A stretch of DNA of 61,152 bases, counting the filler, from Basidiobolus ranarum (taxonomy: Eukaryota): NCBI GenBank assembly GCA_040143965.1. It is 17 parts of 17 records of this genome, joined end to end, with 100 filler letters (N's around TTAATTAATTAA, not from the genome) between each part and the next. Parts side by side here need not be neighbours in the genome. Positions count along the whole stretch, not along the records: positions 10,846 to 14,356 come from JASJQH010009318.1; positions 14,457 to 17,965 come from JASJQH010009319.1; positions 18,066 to 21,571 come from JASJQH010009320.1; positions 21,672 to 25,175 come from JASJQH010009321.1; 13 more parts are not named here. One strand, 5' to 3'. The notes under the pieces were generated by a model. It saw only the letters and a program-made list of their open reading frames with translations. It searched no databases and was not told the origin of the DNA. Of the stretch, positions 11,018 to 24,937 are shown one piece after another; within the stretch, counting starts at the first letter, position 1, and each line of letters begins with the position of its first letter. The translations under genes and the position numbers were made by a program.

Positions 11018-12746
11018 ATTAATTATCCAACAATTACTTCACATGTCGAAGAGTCAACTTATAGAACGGTAGAAGCATTATCTACTTCGGTAGCCAAAAT
11101 CGCACTGGAGAAATGCCATGTTCCCAAAATCACTGTTAAAATAGAGAAGCCTAGTGCATTGATTTATGCTCAAGGCGCTGGTGTAGAAGTTACTCGTGAG
11201 CAATCAGACTTCCCCGGCAAAATCAATACTAATATTGACTCGGAGGAATGTTTGTCCAAGGTTTACCCCGCCAGGGATGAACATGTTAGTATTCTCGCTA
11301 TTGGTACAAATCTGGGGGATCGTGTAGCCAATATTAAATCAGCGTTGAAAACCTTTAATGAACATCCGAGCTGTAGAGTGGTAGATACATTATTCTTATA
11401 TGAGATGCCTCCGATGTACCTTACCGAACAGCCTCCTTTCCTTAACGCAGCTTGTAAGGTATGACTAAATCACGATAAGGATCAACGACAATCGTTTGTA
11501 ATTCCCTTTCACAAAACATACTGATCATTTACTATTTCTATTATCAGATCTATACCAAGTTGAATCCTATTGACCTTTTGGCACTTTGTAAAAGCATAGA
11601 AAAAATACTGGGAGAGTTACTGCCGTTCGTAATGGACCACGTCCCATTGATCTAGATATTCTATTCTATGACAATATGGAATACAAATCATCTACCCTGG
11701 AAATACCTCACCCACGGATCCAAGAGCGTGCATTTGTGTTAAAGCCACTTTGTGACATAGCCCAAGATTTTGAACATCCCAGACTTTTCCGTACATGTGG
11801 CCAACTCTTATCACAACTTGTTTATGTTCATCCAGAAGTTGAGCAAGAGATCCTAAAAGTCATGCCTATCGGTAACACTCTTTGGAATTGGAAACAAAAA
11901 ACTCATATCATGGGAATTCTTAATGTCACACCCGATAGCTTTAGCGATGGTGGTTTACATAATACCCTCGATTCAGCCATAGAGCACGCTGGGAGATTGA
12001 TCCAACAGGGTGCTGATATTATTGATATTGGTGATATGTCTACACGTGTGGGAGCTGACGAAATTTCAATTGATGAGCAAGTTGGAAGAGTGATACCTGT
12101 TATTAGAGCACTTCGCGAGAAAGGAATAACCATCCCTATATCAGTAGATACATATCGTGCGGAAGTTGCCGAACAGGCAATTGAAGCCGGAGCTGACCTG
12201 ATCAATGACGTATCCGGGGGAGCGCTAGATTCCAAGATGCTTGAAATGATGTCAAAGCTAAACGTGCCGGTTTGCTTAATGCATATCAGGGGTAATCTCA
12301 AGTTTATGGATTCCTTAATCGAGTATAAAAACAACAATGTTATCGCTGATATCGTTGAGAAGTTAAGCGAAAATGTAAAAAGTTGTATCAAACAGGGACT
12401 CTACCGTTGGAACATCATTTAAGATCCGGGCATAGGATCTGCCACAAATTCCGAACAAAACCTCCAGATTTTACGTCATTTACCGGACATCGTTAGTGCC
12501 GAAAACCCCTTGAAGGGCTTCCCCACACTAGTAGGCCCTTCTCGCCAAGGATTTATTGGTAAGGTAGCCGATAAATCAGAAGTCAAACAAAGAGTTTGGG
12601 GCACTGCAGCCACTTGTTCCGCTTCCATTACTGGTGGAGTTAATCTCCTTCGTGTGCATGATGTTGAAGAGATGGTTGATGTTGTTAAAGTTTCGGATGC
12701 GATTTGGAAAGCGAAGACGATTGAAACAAACCAATCAAGTCAATAA
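11018..12746 (+). pseudogene. FOL1: Trifunctional folate synthesis gene (DHNA-HPPK-DHPS), disrupted and 5'-truncated
   Basis: DHNA tail (TVEALS...VKIEKPSAL...GVEVTR), HPPK (IGTNLGDR; FLNAAC; NGPRPIDLDIL), DHPS (MGILNVTPDSFSDGG; ISVDTY; LINDVSGG; LLRVHDV). Intron 11459-11547. One-base frameshift near 11611 and in-frame TAA at 12420-12422 (NII*DPGIG). Confidence 0.9.
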
Positions 12747-13663
12747 GAATGATACTTATTACCTATTGCAGGGCTAATTGGGTAGTAAATATAAGCTCTA
12801 ATTCATTTATACACGCATTTTCCGTATTATTTTAACTCCAATTCATTCATGGCTTCCTCCATCTCCATGTTCATTCATTTGACCACTCATTTTATCGTAA
12901 ATACACTCATTTCCCAAAATAAAGTTACACGTGAGGTAGTACTCATTTTCAATGCAAGAACTAGCCAAGAGCTGACAACGAACAACTCAATACCAAGAGT
13001 TCACTTTTTATCTTCTTTGATCGTTTAAAGGTCACACATTGGATAGTGTGTACTATACGTTGAATTCATTATGTTCCGAACTCTATTATTACAATACAAA
13101 TTCAGAAACATTTCTCCCGAGGTTGGTAGATCTACCCAATTTTATAGAAAAAGCTCTTTAAAATTGATCGGTTAATATGGTCAACATAAATGGCACTCAA
13201 TAGAACATGCAAAATTCTATATGGACAGGGACACTGTGGTATTATTCAATTATCAGATATTCACTTGGGCATTTCGGTCTGCTTGTAAGGCTGGCAGGAA
13301 GGTGAGGAAAAGGACTTGAGAGTGCCATACGCATGGAGTCATATATGTGTGATGGTTTGTATACGCTTGCATTGTGTATTTTGGTGTATATACTCTGAGA
13401 TTTTCTTTTGGTTAAATGTGTACAATCATTTCAAGACATGGAAATTTTCGACAAAAAGTTATGTCAAACAGAAAAGGTTTGTGGAGGTGTTTTTAAGGAG
13501 ATAAAGATGTAACTGCTAATATGAAGATGATTGAGTTTGAATACAAATATAAAGTACCTTAGGCAGATTATGACTTGAAAAGGAAATAAAGGTAGCAGAC
13601 ATCCATTCAAAGACAAGGAACAGAAAATCGAGCTTGAAGTGGGGCTTGCCTCTGGACTCCCCT

Positions 13664-14356
13664 TTAGCCATTCATTGGAACTCTCCAGAGTGCTCTCTTT
13701 TGTGATTTTGGTGGTTTTCTTACCAAAGTAACTCTTCCACTTGCTTTAGCTCCAAATGCTAATACCACTGACTCTTCTCCATCCATTCTTTTCTTTCCAG
13801 CAGCTCGTTTCTTTTCTCTTCTAGATACCACTTCTTTGGCGAAATTATATCTATCCATGTCCGAGGGGATATGCAAATCCTGTGATTCGACTGCTCTCTT
13901 CAACCAATCAAAAGGTAATTCTACATATATTCCGATAAGTACCAAGTAATTCTCGCTGTCTCCACTGGTAAATGCCGCTGTTTGCTTTGGGAGCGTTCCG
14001 GTAAGATAATCAAAGCAACTTTCTTGTATATCCGCAGAATAAGTACCATATCTTACTTTATTGGTTTGATCTACGAACTGTGTATATGGAAGAATTGTTT
14101 CTTGGGAGATATTGTTCTTGATAATATCAGTTGCGATAGTACAGAGATCTTCCATTTGTAAAAAATAAGCAGCAGCCAATACATTCAACACGTTGGTTGA
14201 ACTAACTTGGAGTTGGGAGAACCCAGCGTAAAGGTGACCCAGTGCTATAACCAACCCTTCATCAGAGATATTTGGATCTTCAAAGTGAAGTGAAAGCTCA
14301 TGTGGATTCGGAGCAATTGTTAATAAATGATGAAAGAAAGGTGAGCGGGATAGAAA
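13664..14356 (-). CDS. BTB/POZ-BACK-like protein (germ cell-less-like), 5'-truncated
   Basis: Frame is open to the contig end: LSRSPFF...LHFEDPNISDEGLVIALGHLY...VLNVLAAAYFLQMEDLC...ELPFDWLKRAVESQDLHIPSDMDRYNFAKEV. Confidence 0.8.
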   Translation of the reverse strand, partial: FLSRSPFFHHLLTIAPNPHELSLHFEDPNISDEGLVIALGHLYAGFSQLQVSSTNVLNVLAAAYFLQMEDLCTIATDIIKNNISQETILPYTQFVDQTNKVRYGTYSADIQESCFDYLTGTLPKQTAAFTSGDSENYLVLIGIYVELPFDWLKRAVESQDLHIPSDMDRYNFAKEVVSRREKKRAAGKKRMDGEESVVLAFGAKASGRVTLVRKPPKSQKRALWRVPMNG

Positions 14357-14456
14357 NNNNNNNNNNNNNNNNNNNNNNNNNNNNNNNNNNNNNNNNNNNN
14401 TTAATTAATTAANNNNNNNNNNNNNNNNNNNNNNNNNNNNNNNNNNNNNNNNNNNN

Positions 14457-16887
14457 TCTGTCTAACTCTACACCATATCAAGCTTGGTTTGGAGTTAAAC
14501 CTGATGTAAAACATTTGAGGATCTTTGGATGCATTGCTTATGTCAAAATTATGACCAAAAATTGGTCAAAATTTGATCCAAAAAGTAAGAAATGCATATT
14601 TCTGGGTTATTGTACTCAAACTAGGGCCTACAGACTGTATGATACCAAAATTTCCAAGTTAATCAAGTCCAGGGATGTTTTGTTCAATGAAGTTGAAATA
14701 TTTTCACCCAAAATGACCTCAGATGATGAAAAAAATCAATTTTCTCCTGATACAATTAATCACATTGCTTCAAACAAAAATAATGAAGAAAATAGCGTTC
14801 CTGTGAACCCTTCAACCACAATTTGCCTACTGCAGTGCCCAATTCAATGCCAGGAGTTGTAGTACCTTTATTCCAAACCAGGAGATCAAATCAAATCTGA
14901 AATAGTCCTGATTAATATATCAATGAGTCCCAATATTGGGCCTATGCCTGCACAGCCCAAATACAAGAACCCCAGACTGTAAAAGAGGCCCTGAATGGCC
15001 CTCACATGAAATTTTGGAGATCTGCAATGGCTGCTGAGTACCAGGCTTTGATTGATAATCAAACTTGGATCTTAACCAACTTAACTGATGATAGAAAATC
15101 AATTGGCTGCCTATGGGCATTTAAAGTCAAATACAACTCTGATGGCAATAAAGAAAGGTACAAGGCTAGACTAGTAGCCAAAGGATTTTCTCAAATACCA
15201 GGAATAGACCATACAAATACTTTTGCTCCTGTAGCAAAGTTTATTTCAATTAGATTGATTTTAGCAATTTCAGCTAAATATCAATTTATGATACATCAAA
15301 TGGATGTTAAAACTGCTTTGTTGAATGGTGAGCTTGCTGAGGAGATCTATACAAACCAGCCAGATGGATTTGTGGACCCAGAAAACCCTAAAAAAGTCTG
15401 CAGACTCCAGAAAGCATTCTATGGCTTAAAATAATATCCAAGAGCTTGGAATAGCAAGATAGATTCTTTTTTGGAAACACTCAAATTCCAAAAGAGTAAT
15501 GCTGACTATAATATCTACTTCAGGCTAGATAAGTCAAACCCAGTTGTATTAGCCTTATATGCATATTACCTTATTATAGCAACCAATGACTTGCAGACTT
15601 TGGAAAAAACCAAATCCAGCATATCTGCCAAATTTGAAATGACTGATCTTGGTGAACTGACATACTATCTTAGAATCCAAATTAAGATTGATAGAACTAC
15701 CAAAATACTAACTTTAAACCAGTCTAAGTATATCCTAGATATACTAAAGAAGCTTAAAATGGAAGAATGTAACCCCATTGGAGACAAATCTTAACTTGAC
15801 CAAAAAAAGCTCAAATCAGATGTTTTTGGATTCAAATGAAAGCCAGGAATTTCCTTAACAGTCTATGGCTGGAAGCTTGATGAATATCAAGGTTGGAATA
15901 TAGCCAGATATTGCATATTCTGTGGGAGTTATGTACTAATATCTTCAAAATTATGGATCTGTTCAAATCAGAGCAGTTAAGTGGACTTTCTGATATTTGA
16001 AAGGTACTGTGGATCTATGCTTAAAGTACACATATTCTGGATCAAACTTTGATCTGCTGGGATATTCAGATGCAAATTGGGGAAGAGATATTCAAGACAA
16101 GAGATCTATAACAGAATACTTTTTCTTTGCTATAATGGAGCAATTTCTTGGAATTCAAAGAAACAACCTCCTGTAGCACTTTCAACAACAGAAGCTGTAT
16201 ATATGGCTGCCTGTGAAGCAACAAAAGAAGCAATATGACTAAGAGAATTCTTAACAGATAAGGGTTATTCTCAAAATTTACCAACTACAATATTTCTAGA
16301 TAATCAAAGTTTTATCAAATTAGCTAAAAATCCCATGTTTCAAAACAGAAGCAAACATATAGATATTAAGCATCACTTCATTAGAGAGACCATAGAGAAT
16401 AAGTTTATTGACTTAACTTATTGTTCTACAGAAGATATGATTGCTGATATATTGACCCAACCATTAGCTAGACAGATATTTGAGAAATTTAGACCTTTAT
16501 TAGGATTAGTTTATATGACTATTTAGTTCAGGGAGAGTGTTGAAATTAGCATTGCCTAAGCACCTATATAGTCATATATAGCTAAGTACTTAGTTATCTT
16601 ATAACTCACTATGATATTATCAATTATTCTCAATTGGAATTTACTTGGAATATTTTTACCAACTTGGAAGTTCTCAGATATATAGATTTTTTTCAAACTT
16701 GTGCTAGATGCCTTGAACTTTGCACACATGTTCCTGAGACCTTTCTTAACACATTCTACAAATTAGTTTACTTACATCTTGACAAAACTATAAATGTCAA
16801 CTTTCTACTCTACAGATCAATAAGTGAAAACCACCAATTCCTCTAATTTTGCAAACCACTTCCAACAGGCTCTCAAATACTTTGACA
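14457..16887 (+). mobile_element. Degenerate copia integrase C-terminus, RT and RNase H with 3' LTR (family A, 16538-16887)
   Basis: RIFGCIAYV...KFDPKSKKCIFLGY; RYKARLVAKGFSQIPGID; IHQMDVKTA; RSKHIDIKHHFIRE. PPT followed by an LTR TGTTGAAATTAGC...TTTGACA. Confidence 0.95.
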
Positions 16888-16889
16888 CT

Positions 16890-17640
16890 TATGATAGTGT
16901 TTTAGTTACTTGAGTCCTAAGAAAACATGATCACTAATATTGCAAAGAAGTAAGTAAATGTTTAAGATATCAATTGGTGACTTACATAGCTAGTCTGCAT
17001 CTCTATATACTTCCAAAATGAGTGATATATTGTACAATTTACTAAATTTAATTCTACAACATCTTGTTCCTTTCAGATAGTATATTATCTGTGTCACAGC
17101 TAGCCAATGTTCTTTTGCAGGATTCTCTATATATTTGCTTACTATGCTTACAGCTATAGCTATGTTGGGCAGAATAACAGCTTTTATATATGTAAGACTT
17201 CTAACTGCACTACAGCAAGGAATATATTTCATGATTTCAATATCTTCAGAGTTTTTTGATTCCATATCCCTAGTGAGTTTCAGCATACATAGTGGACTTC
17301 AAGGTGTTTTACATTCCAATATATTGAATCTGTTTAAAACATCTCCAATACATTTTCTGGTATAATAGACAGTGTTCAAAACTGAAATTTTAATGTATCT
17401 GCATTTGAAGACATTATGCCAGTGATCCAAGATCTTGCATTTCAAACTTGGTAGATAGCTGGGTCATAATTTGTTTCATTAGATTTCAAGAATTACTAAC
17501 TATTATACTATCATCAACATAGAGAGCAATTATGACAATAGATTTTCTTCCAATAAGTAAGTTCACAAGAGTCCATGCATTATTCTTGATTTGAGAGTAA
17601 ATATTATCATCAGTGACTTATACCCATTCTGTTGCTTTAT
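16890..17640 (-). mobile_element. Copia RT fragment from a diverged lineage
   Basis: IPCCSAVRSLTY...PNIAIAVSIVSKYIENPAKEHWLAV..IIYYLKGT, with an ALYVDD motif upstream. Confidence 0.8.
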
Positions 17641-17839
17641 TATTTCTCTAAAAGAAATTTGAGAATGGTTATTGTAAGAAAACTGTCACAATTTTAATCA
17701 ATTTAGGGTTGACCATTTAATTATCATCATAAAATTGACAAGTTAGATTTGATTTTAATCACTTTTTTCAACTTAAAGAGTGAAATTTCAAAATCTTGCA
17801 AAATAGTTGCACATGATTGACTATAGTATCAGAGAACTA

Positions 17840-17965
17840 TGTTGAAGTTTATTGTCTTTATCATATTTATTATCTCTATCCTTATACACCTAACTATTTC
17901 ATATATCACCTATAAGTTAGTTAACATTACTTAGTCAAATATCACTTAGCTGCAAATCGGAACAT
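17840..17965 (+). repeat. Family B LTR, 5' part
   Basis: Starts TGTTGAAGTTTATTGTC; reverse complement of 22190-22317. Confidence 0.8.
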
Positions 17966-18859
17966 NNNNNNNNNNNNNNNNNNNNNNNNNNNNNNNNNNN
18001 NNNNNNNNNTTAATTAATTAANNNNNNNNNNNNNNNNNNNNNNNNNNNNNNNNNNNNNNNNNNNNTCCCAAGACATATATTAGTTAGATCTGCTCTGCTG
18101 ATATATCCTGCTTAAACAGTTCTAAGATTCTGCACTTAACTGTTTCTTTGGTTCAGTAAAGTTCAAGACTTTTTATTCACTTTTCTCTTGGACACAACAG
18201 AAGCCTCCTTTCTACTTAGTCTATTGCAGTCACCCAAAGATTCCAACCAAATACTGGAACCACAAGAAGAAAGACTCAGGAGAGCATTCTCCATCATAGG
18301 AAGGGAGAATAGTATGATTGGCACATCATAGCAGCTTAAATATTAGTTGAGTTATGCAGTATTCAGTGTCATCAGTCTATTCATAGTAATCTCAGATCAG
18401 TATTATTAATACCATCACTCATTCATGAGCAAGATAACAATAAGTATTAATCAGCATTCACTTAACATTCCAATAGTTGGCCATGGAGGGTTACATAATA
18501 GTCTTATAATCATTGTCCATGGATGGATAGATGATTATATTCCTTGGTTGCACATTGGTCACTTGATCATTGGGACTGTGCCACTGCAACCAGTTTTGGC
18601 TGATTGCTGTGCCATATCAGGATGTCTAGGCCTATGTGTGTGCCATCCTATCATGATGTAGCTGTAAGTTGATAAAATAATGGAACTAGTAATGTGTATA
18701 TGAAACATTATTCATTGGCTCTGTTATTTTTTATGAAACTAGGTAAATAGCAACCCATCATTTAGTAGGTAGTTTATTCATAATCTGATTATTTAGCACT
18801 CAATTCTGCATTCATCCAATTGACAGATACATCTATCAGATCACTTTTACCAATTTTCA

Positions 18860-19870
18860 CTAATTTCTCAAAACTTCAAGCACTTTAAAGTAATGGTAGA
18901 GAGAGATTCAGCATAAAAAAAAGGAGTGATAATAGTAGAGAATACTGCTCTAAAGGCTTTGCCAGTTTTTGTACTAGACATAGGATTAAGCAACAAGCTA
19001 CTCTACCCAATACTCACCTGCAAAATGAAGTAGCGCAAAATGATCATTGCTAGATCAATATTAAACTATCAAAAGTTAGATTAGCAATTTTGGGCTGATT
19101 ATGTCCCCACTGCAGACTATATCTAAAACCAATTCCTGCACCATTGCTACAAAATTCTACTTTTTTTGAAGCCCTATATGGATCTAATCAAGTGTGAATC
19201 ATGTTGGGATCTTTGGTTACAAAGCTTTTTTCTAGTTCAAGCTCAATAATGCTCTCAATTGGAACCTAAAAGCAGAAAATGCATATTTCTTGATTGCTCT
19301 GATGAGTATAAGGTGTACAGACTGTATAATACCAAAAATCAGAATTTAATCAAGAGCAGAGATGAAATTGTTGATAAAAAAGAGATCTTTCACTTCAAAT
19401 CGCAATTGCAAATCAAGAAACCTGAATCAGCACTATTCAGGAAGTGTCTGACAGAACTCTAGGTGTATCTGAGCCCAATACTACTGAAATGCATGCCCCA
19501 ATTATATCAGAGGACAATTCAGGACCTGGTAGATAATCCCAAGGGAGGGATAAGCCAGGGAACTGGAGGAACATTTCAAATGCAGATGGCTATGCTTATG
19601 TAGCTCTGTGTGACAAGCCACAGACTCTAGAACAAGCTCTGGAATGTCTATAATCAAGATTATGGGATAAAACAATATCTGACAAACTTTCTTCACTTTG
19701 GGACAATCAAATGTGGATTTTAAGTCCTCTACCATCAGGAAGAAGCCCAATAGGTTTCCAATGGGTGTGTAAAGTCTCACCAGAGCTAATGCAACCACAG
19801 AAGGGTACAAAGCAAGATCAGTTGCAACAGGTTATTCTCAAACTTCTGCCGTTGATTCTTATGACACTTT
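18860..19870 (+). mobile_element. Decayed copia integrase to start of RT, interrupted by a family C LTR
   Basis: EPKSRKCIFLDCSDEYKVYRLY...LIKSRD; WILSPLPSGRSPIG.QWV.KV. Confidence 0.8.
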
Positions 19871-21571
19871 TGATAAAGTTGTGTAGTGGAATTGGAAGTG
19901 TTTTGGGCAAGACTCGGACTTGTGAATTAGACACTTGTGTTTTACTGAATTGAATGTGTCCTATTTATAATTTACTATGATATAGGTCTACTGGACATGC
20001 TTAGATCATAACAAACATGCCTGTTAAGCATGGGTTAAAATTTGAGGTAATTTGGAGAAAGTTTGAGAAAACAGTGAAAATTGGTATAAGCAATCTTCTT
20101 AATATTTCTATCAATTAGAGCAATAAGCACATGTTTTTGAATGACAGAGTTGAGTGCCAAATAATCAGAATATGAATAAACTAGTTACTAAATAGTGAGC
20201 TGCTATTTACCTACTTTCAACATTCCCACTTAACTAATTATTTTATATTTCTCTTCAACCTAACTTGTAACTTAATTATTCAAATTGTTCATTAGCTAAA
20301 GGTTTGGTTAAGATGTCAGCAATCATTTCTTTAGTTGGGCAACAGACAAGTTCAAAAATTTCAATCTCTATTACTTCTCTAACAAAGTCATGCCTAAAAT
20401 CTCTATGTTTGTTCTAACATGAAATGTTGGGTTTTTAGCTAATGTAACACAACTCTGATTGTCTTCAAATACAGTAATAGCAAGTTTTTGCATGTATCCT
20501 AAGTCTGTAAATAACTTCCTTAACCACAAAGCTTCTTGTGTAGTAACCAAGGCAGCCATATACTCTTCTTCTGTAGTGGAAAGTGTTATGACTGATTGCT
20601 TCTTACTATTCCAAGTTGTGGCTCCATAACCATAGGGAAAAGTGTACTCAGTTGATGATCTTCTTTCATCAAGGTTTCTTCCCCAGTCTGCATCACTGTA
20701 GCCTTCAAAATTTTGTGCATTAGGAGTGGCAGAGTATTCAGAACTTGATCTACAGTTTCTCTCAAATATCTGAATATTTGTTTTACTGCAGCTTTGTGCT
20801 CAGATCCTGGATTTTTGAGATATTGGCTGACAGTTCCCACTGCCACAGTAATGTTTAGATGTGTTCCAACCATTGTATGCATTAAACTACCCACCATGGA
20901 TTGATAAGAGTACTCCTGGCTTTGAATTGAGTCATTTTGGGCCAAATCAGATGAAATTTTAATTAATTTGACATTTGGATCCATTAGTGTTGATACAAGC
21001 TTTCTATTCTCCATGTTGAGCATTTTAGGATGTCTAGGATGTATCTAAACTGATTCAGCATCATTTTCTGATTGAGTTTATCTCTCTTGATTTGGATTCC
21101 AAGAAAATAACTTAATTCAGCCATATCAGTCATTTGAAATTGGTATGATAAGCTGCTTTTCATCTGATTAAGTGCTTCTAGATCATTTGTGGCTATGAAT
21201 AAGTCATCCACATATAGTGCCAAGATAAGGATCCTATTTCTGGTTGTTTTGATGTAAATACTGCAATCTGCTGCATAATTTTGGAATTCTAGTGATACCA
21301 AATAGGTATCTATCTTGTTGTAACATGCCCTGGATTCCTGCTTGAGTCCATATAGGAATTTTTGCAGTTTACAGACCATATCAGGATGTTTTGGGTCAAC
21401 AAATCCATCTGGTTGCTCCATATAGAAATCTTTTTCTAGATTTCCATTTGATGTAGATCAAGGTTATGAACAGCTGAGAGTGCCAGGATTGATCAAAATA
21501 GAGCTAAACTTAGCTACTGGAGCAAATGTTTCATTAAAATCAAATCCTGACACCTGGGAATAGCCTTTTGC
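19871..21571 (-). mobile_element. Copia RT and RNase H with PPT and 3' LTR (family C, 19871-20222)
   Basis: MEQPDGFVDP...LYGLKQ; LALYVDDL; YQSMVGSLM; EALWLRKL...FEDNQSC. PPT AAGTGGGAA, then TGTTGAAAG. Confidence 0.93.
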
Positions 21572-21671
21572 NNNNNNNNNNNNNNNNNNNNNNNNNNNNN
21601 NNNNNNNNNNNNNNNTTAATTAATTAANNNNNNNNNNNNNNNNNNNNNNNNNNNNNNNNNNNNNNNNNNNN

Positions 21672-22317
21672 AAGTTGTGAATCCTTCAAACTTTGACAAA
21701 TGACATTAAAGGCCTTCTTGTCTCTTTTCTTGTAAGCTTCCAATAAAGAAGGGTCAGAAGGTTCCTTTTCATATCCAGAGACTACATCCCAAAGCTCCCT
21801 GTCTTCCAGCATGATTTGCATCTTGAACTTCCAGAAATTGTAATTTTCTCCATCAAGCTTTTCAACACTTGAGCTAATAAAAGTGGTAGTAGTGGTTTCT
21901 GTCATGCTGTAAAGGTTAGAACATGGGGTTCATAACCTATTGGGATAATATGGGCTGTTTGGAGGAACTTTAGAAGAGTGGAGTTGTAATTAGCTTTGTG
22001 AGATAATTGTTTATTGTCCAGAAATAAAGCATTTATACATTTTGGTGGAAGTACTGAAAAGTAACACTGGGGTTGTGCTCAGAACATCTGTGGGAGTAAG
22101 ATGAGCTATCTTTGGGGCATTTTGGACAAGTTTGAAATTTCTAATATGGAATTGCTAATTCTCACATTATTCACATATATATATATAATTTATGCTCCAA
22201 TATGCAGATAAGTGATATTTGACTAAGTAGTGTTAACTAGCTTATATGTGATATATGAGATAGTTAGGTGTATAAAGATAGAGATAACAAATATGATAAA
22301 GACAATAAACTTCAACA
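21672..22317 (-). mobile_element. Copia 5' end: family B LTR (21938-22317), PBS and gag N-terminus
   Basis: LTR TGTTGAAG...CCCAATA, PBS GGTTATGAACCCC, gag VEKLDGENYNFWKFKMQIMLEDRELWDVV. Confidence 0.9.
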
Positions 22318-22550
22318 CCACTCATCTTTTATATCTCATTACACAAGCTCCTGAATATCTCAAGCAGCTGATTTACTTCTCCATGTATTAGTAATTATAT
22401 TCTCTTAAGAATAAAGCAAGTAAAACCCTAAAAAAAACTAAAAATCACTTTCATAAATTGCCTCCAATATTAAAGCCAACTCTGATTGTGTAAGATCCTC
22501 CAATAAAAAGTTAAAGAAACTTGAGAAACAGATATTACAGAGAGTGCTAG

Positions 22551-22912
22551 CTTGGGGCTCATTACCTGCCAAAGTATTTGGGAGCCTGTTGGAAGTGGGT
22601 TGGAGAATCAGAGAAATTGGTTGTTTTCACTTTTTAATTTATTGAGTGGAAGTTGATTTTTGTAGTTTTGTAAGGATGTAAACAAACTAACATGTAGAAT
22701 GTGTTTAAGAAGATACCAGGATCATGTGTGCAACGCTTGGGGCCTCTAGCACAAGTTTGAAGAATCTATACATCTGAGAACTTCAAAGTTGGTAAAATAA
22801 TTTAAGTAAATTCCAATTGAGAACATTAGGTAATATATTAGTAAAGTATAGGATAGCTAAGTACTAAGCTATGTATGACTATATAGGTGTCTAGTCAATG
22901 CTAATTTCAACA
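22551..22912 (-). mobile_element. Family A 5' LTR (22567-22912) with PBS GGTAATGAGCCCC
   Basis: Reverse complement of the LTR at 16538-16887, followed directly by a PBS like the one at 3487-3499. Confidence 0.85.
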
Positions 22913-22953
22913 TATATGACTATAGAAGCATTTAGGCCATGCTAATTACAACA

Positions 22954-23725
22954 AACAACCAAAAATAGCTTAAATCACACATTCTTGGATTCAAATGAAA
23001 GCCAGAAATATCCTTATCAATCTATGGTTAGTAGTATGAAGAATGTTGTGGTTGGAACATCACCCAATATTACATACTCAGTGGGAGTGATGTGCCAAAA
23101 TCTTCAACATTATTGAACTGATCTAAACATAGATATTGAAGACCAGAGATCTACAACATGATACTTATTTCTTTGCTGTAATGGAGCTATTTCTTGGAAT
23201 TCAAACAAACAACCTATGAGAGCACTTTCAACAACAGAAACAGACTACATGGCTGCTTGTGAAGCAACAAAAGAAGCAATATGGTTAAGAAAACTCTTAA
23301 CAGATTTGTGCTATTCTTAAAATTCACCAACTACAATATTTCAAGAAAATCAAAGTTGTATCAAGTTAGCTAGAAGTCCCATGTTTCATACTAGAAGCAA
23401 ACATATATATTAGACATCATTTTGTTAGTGAAACTATAGAGAATAAGCTTATTGACCTAGCTTATTGTTGTACAGAAGACATGATTGTTAATATATTAAC
23501 CAAACCATGAGCTAGACAGAAATATAAGATAGCTAGAACTTCCTTAGGATTAGTTTATATGACTATTTAGCTGAGGGAGAGTGTTGAAATTAGCATTGCC
23601 TAAACATCTATATAGTCATATATAGCTTAGTATTTAGTTATCCTGTATTGAACTAAGATATTTCTCTTAATTCTCAACTAGAATTTACTTTGAATATATT
23701 TACCAATTAGAAGTTCTTGGACACA
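22954..23725 (+). mobile_element. Copia RT and RNase H remnant with truncated family A LTR (from 23582)
   Basis: Nucleotide similarity to 15820-16680; PPT GAGGGAGAG followed by TGTTGAAATTAGC. Confidence 0.85.
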
Positions 23726-24937
23726 ACACAGCCACTGCAAACAAACCTTAAGCAACATCCAAGCTTGTGACTGATTAGGAAAGCAGCAAACTGAAAATAA
23801 AGACCTGATTCTCATAGGATAGAGTTAGGATCTTGATTAAGTTGAATTGGAACTATATAGTCAATGAGAAGCGATTTTAGCATAGATGAAAGTCATCTAG
23901 ATTTCCAAAGGTTTACCAGTGTCGAACATCTTGTTCATAGTAAAATCATCCAAGTTGAGGATTGCATAATTATCTAGAAAACAATATCCAAGCAAGCAAT
24001 AGAGGGCATTTTCAGAGTTCATTTGTATACTTACCAAAATTGTAAATGAACAAGAATACGACAGAGACCTAATCGATGATAATGTAGCAATCAGCAAATA
24101 TACCTTAAATTGGTCAAATCACTACTGGCAATCCCCCTATCATCTATGATAAGTAGCAAAGATACAAGTGATTATACGCCAGAATGCGATAGCTGAAGTG
24201 GGAACTTTAGGCAGATGTCATCTTGACCATGGAAATTTCGATACATTGACATTTGCATTGAAGTAGATCTCTTCCATGGTCACTCGGATATAAATTACCT
24301 AAAGCTACTGTGATGCATTTGCTACTATGGGTCTTGGCAGCTAACAGATCATCCCAAGACACTTGTAACAAGCGAGCAAGCGAGAACAGAGAATGCAATG
24401 AATGCCTGTACTGAATCCAAATTGTGCATTCAATGATGCCCATTCTTGTTTGAAGTAACGTAAGACCGAGATCTCAGTAGCGTATAAATAGACTACCAAG
24501 TGCTCATTGGTTCAACTCGGATTGGAACCCTTACCATAATTGGCATACTATTCAGATGATGTGGTGGGACAGGCTGTTGAGATAGCAGTGGTAGAAGCAA
24601 ATATAAGCAAATGCTCTGATTGATTGTGGTACAACGGAAATATTTGGGATTCACTGGAAATAGATCGTTGTTGCTAGTTGAAATCCTCCTGTCATTAGAG
24701 GGCTATATTTACGCTTCAGATGAAACCATCGACATTGTGCGCTCCATAGCAGCGTGAAAAATATTAATATCCATCTCTGGTTTTTGCACCATCATGTGTT
24801 CTAGATATCATTGATTAAGAACGTCATACCAATTATAGAGCACTCGAAGAAACTCCAGTCAGTATCGGATTACTTATTTAAAGCCAGCTGGTGCCCATCT
24901 GGTCCTCACTAACTTCTCATTATTATACAATCTGGTG

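Noticed and set aside
11903-12391. Antisense ORFs over real genes (also 37275-37566, 38310-38664, 44536-45497, 55592-55798, 27898-28317)
   Set aside because: They are shadow frames of coding sequence with no motifs of their own.
12420-12422. Stop-codon readthrough or an alternative genetic code in FOL1
   Set aside because: The stop co-occurs with a frameshift and motif substitutions, and other genes end normally at TAA.
23860-24700. Short ORFs in CpG-retaining DNA (also 25276-27500, 28878-29600, 31817-32379, 50474-51600)
   Set aside because: No recognisable domain or consistent splice model.
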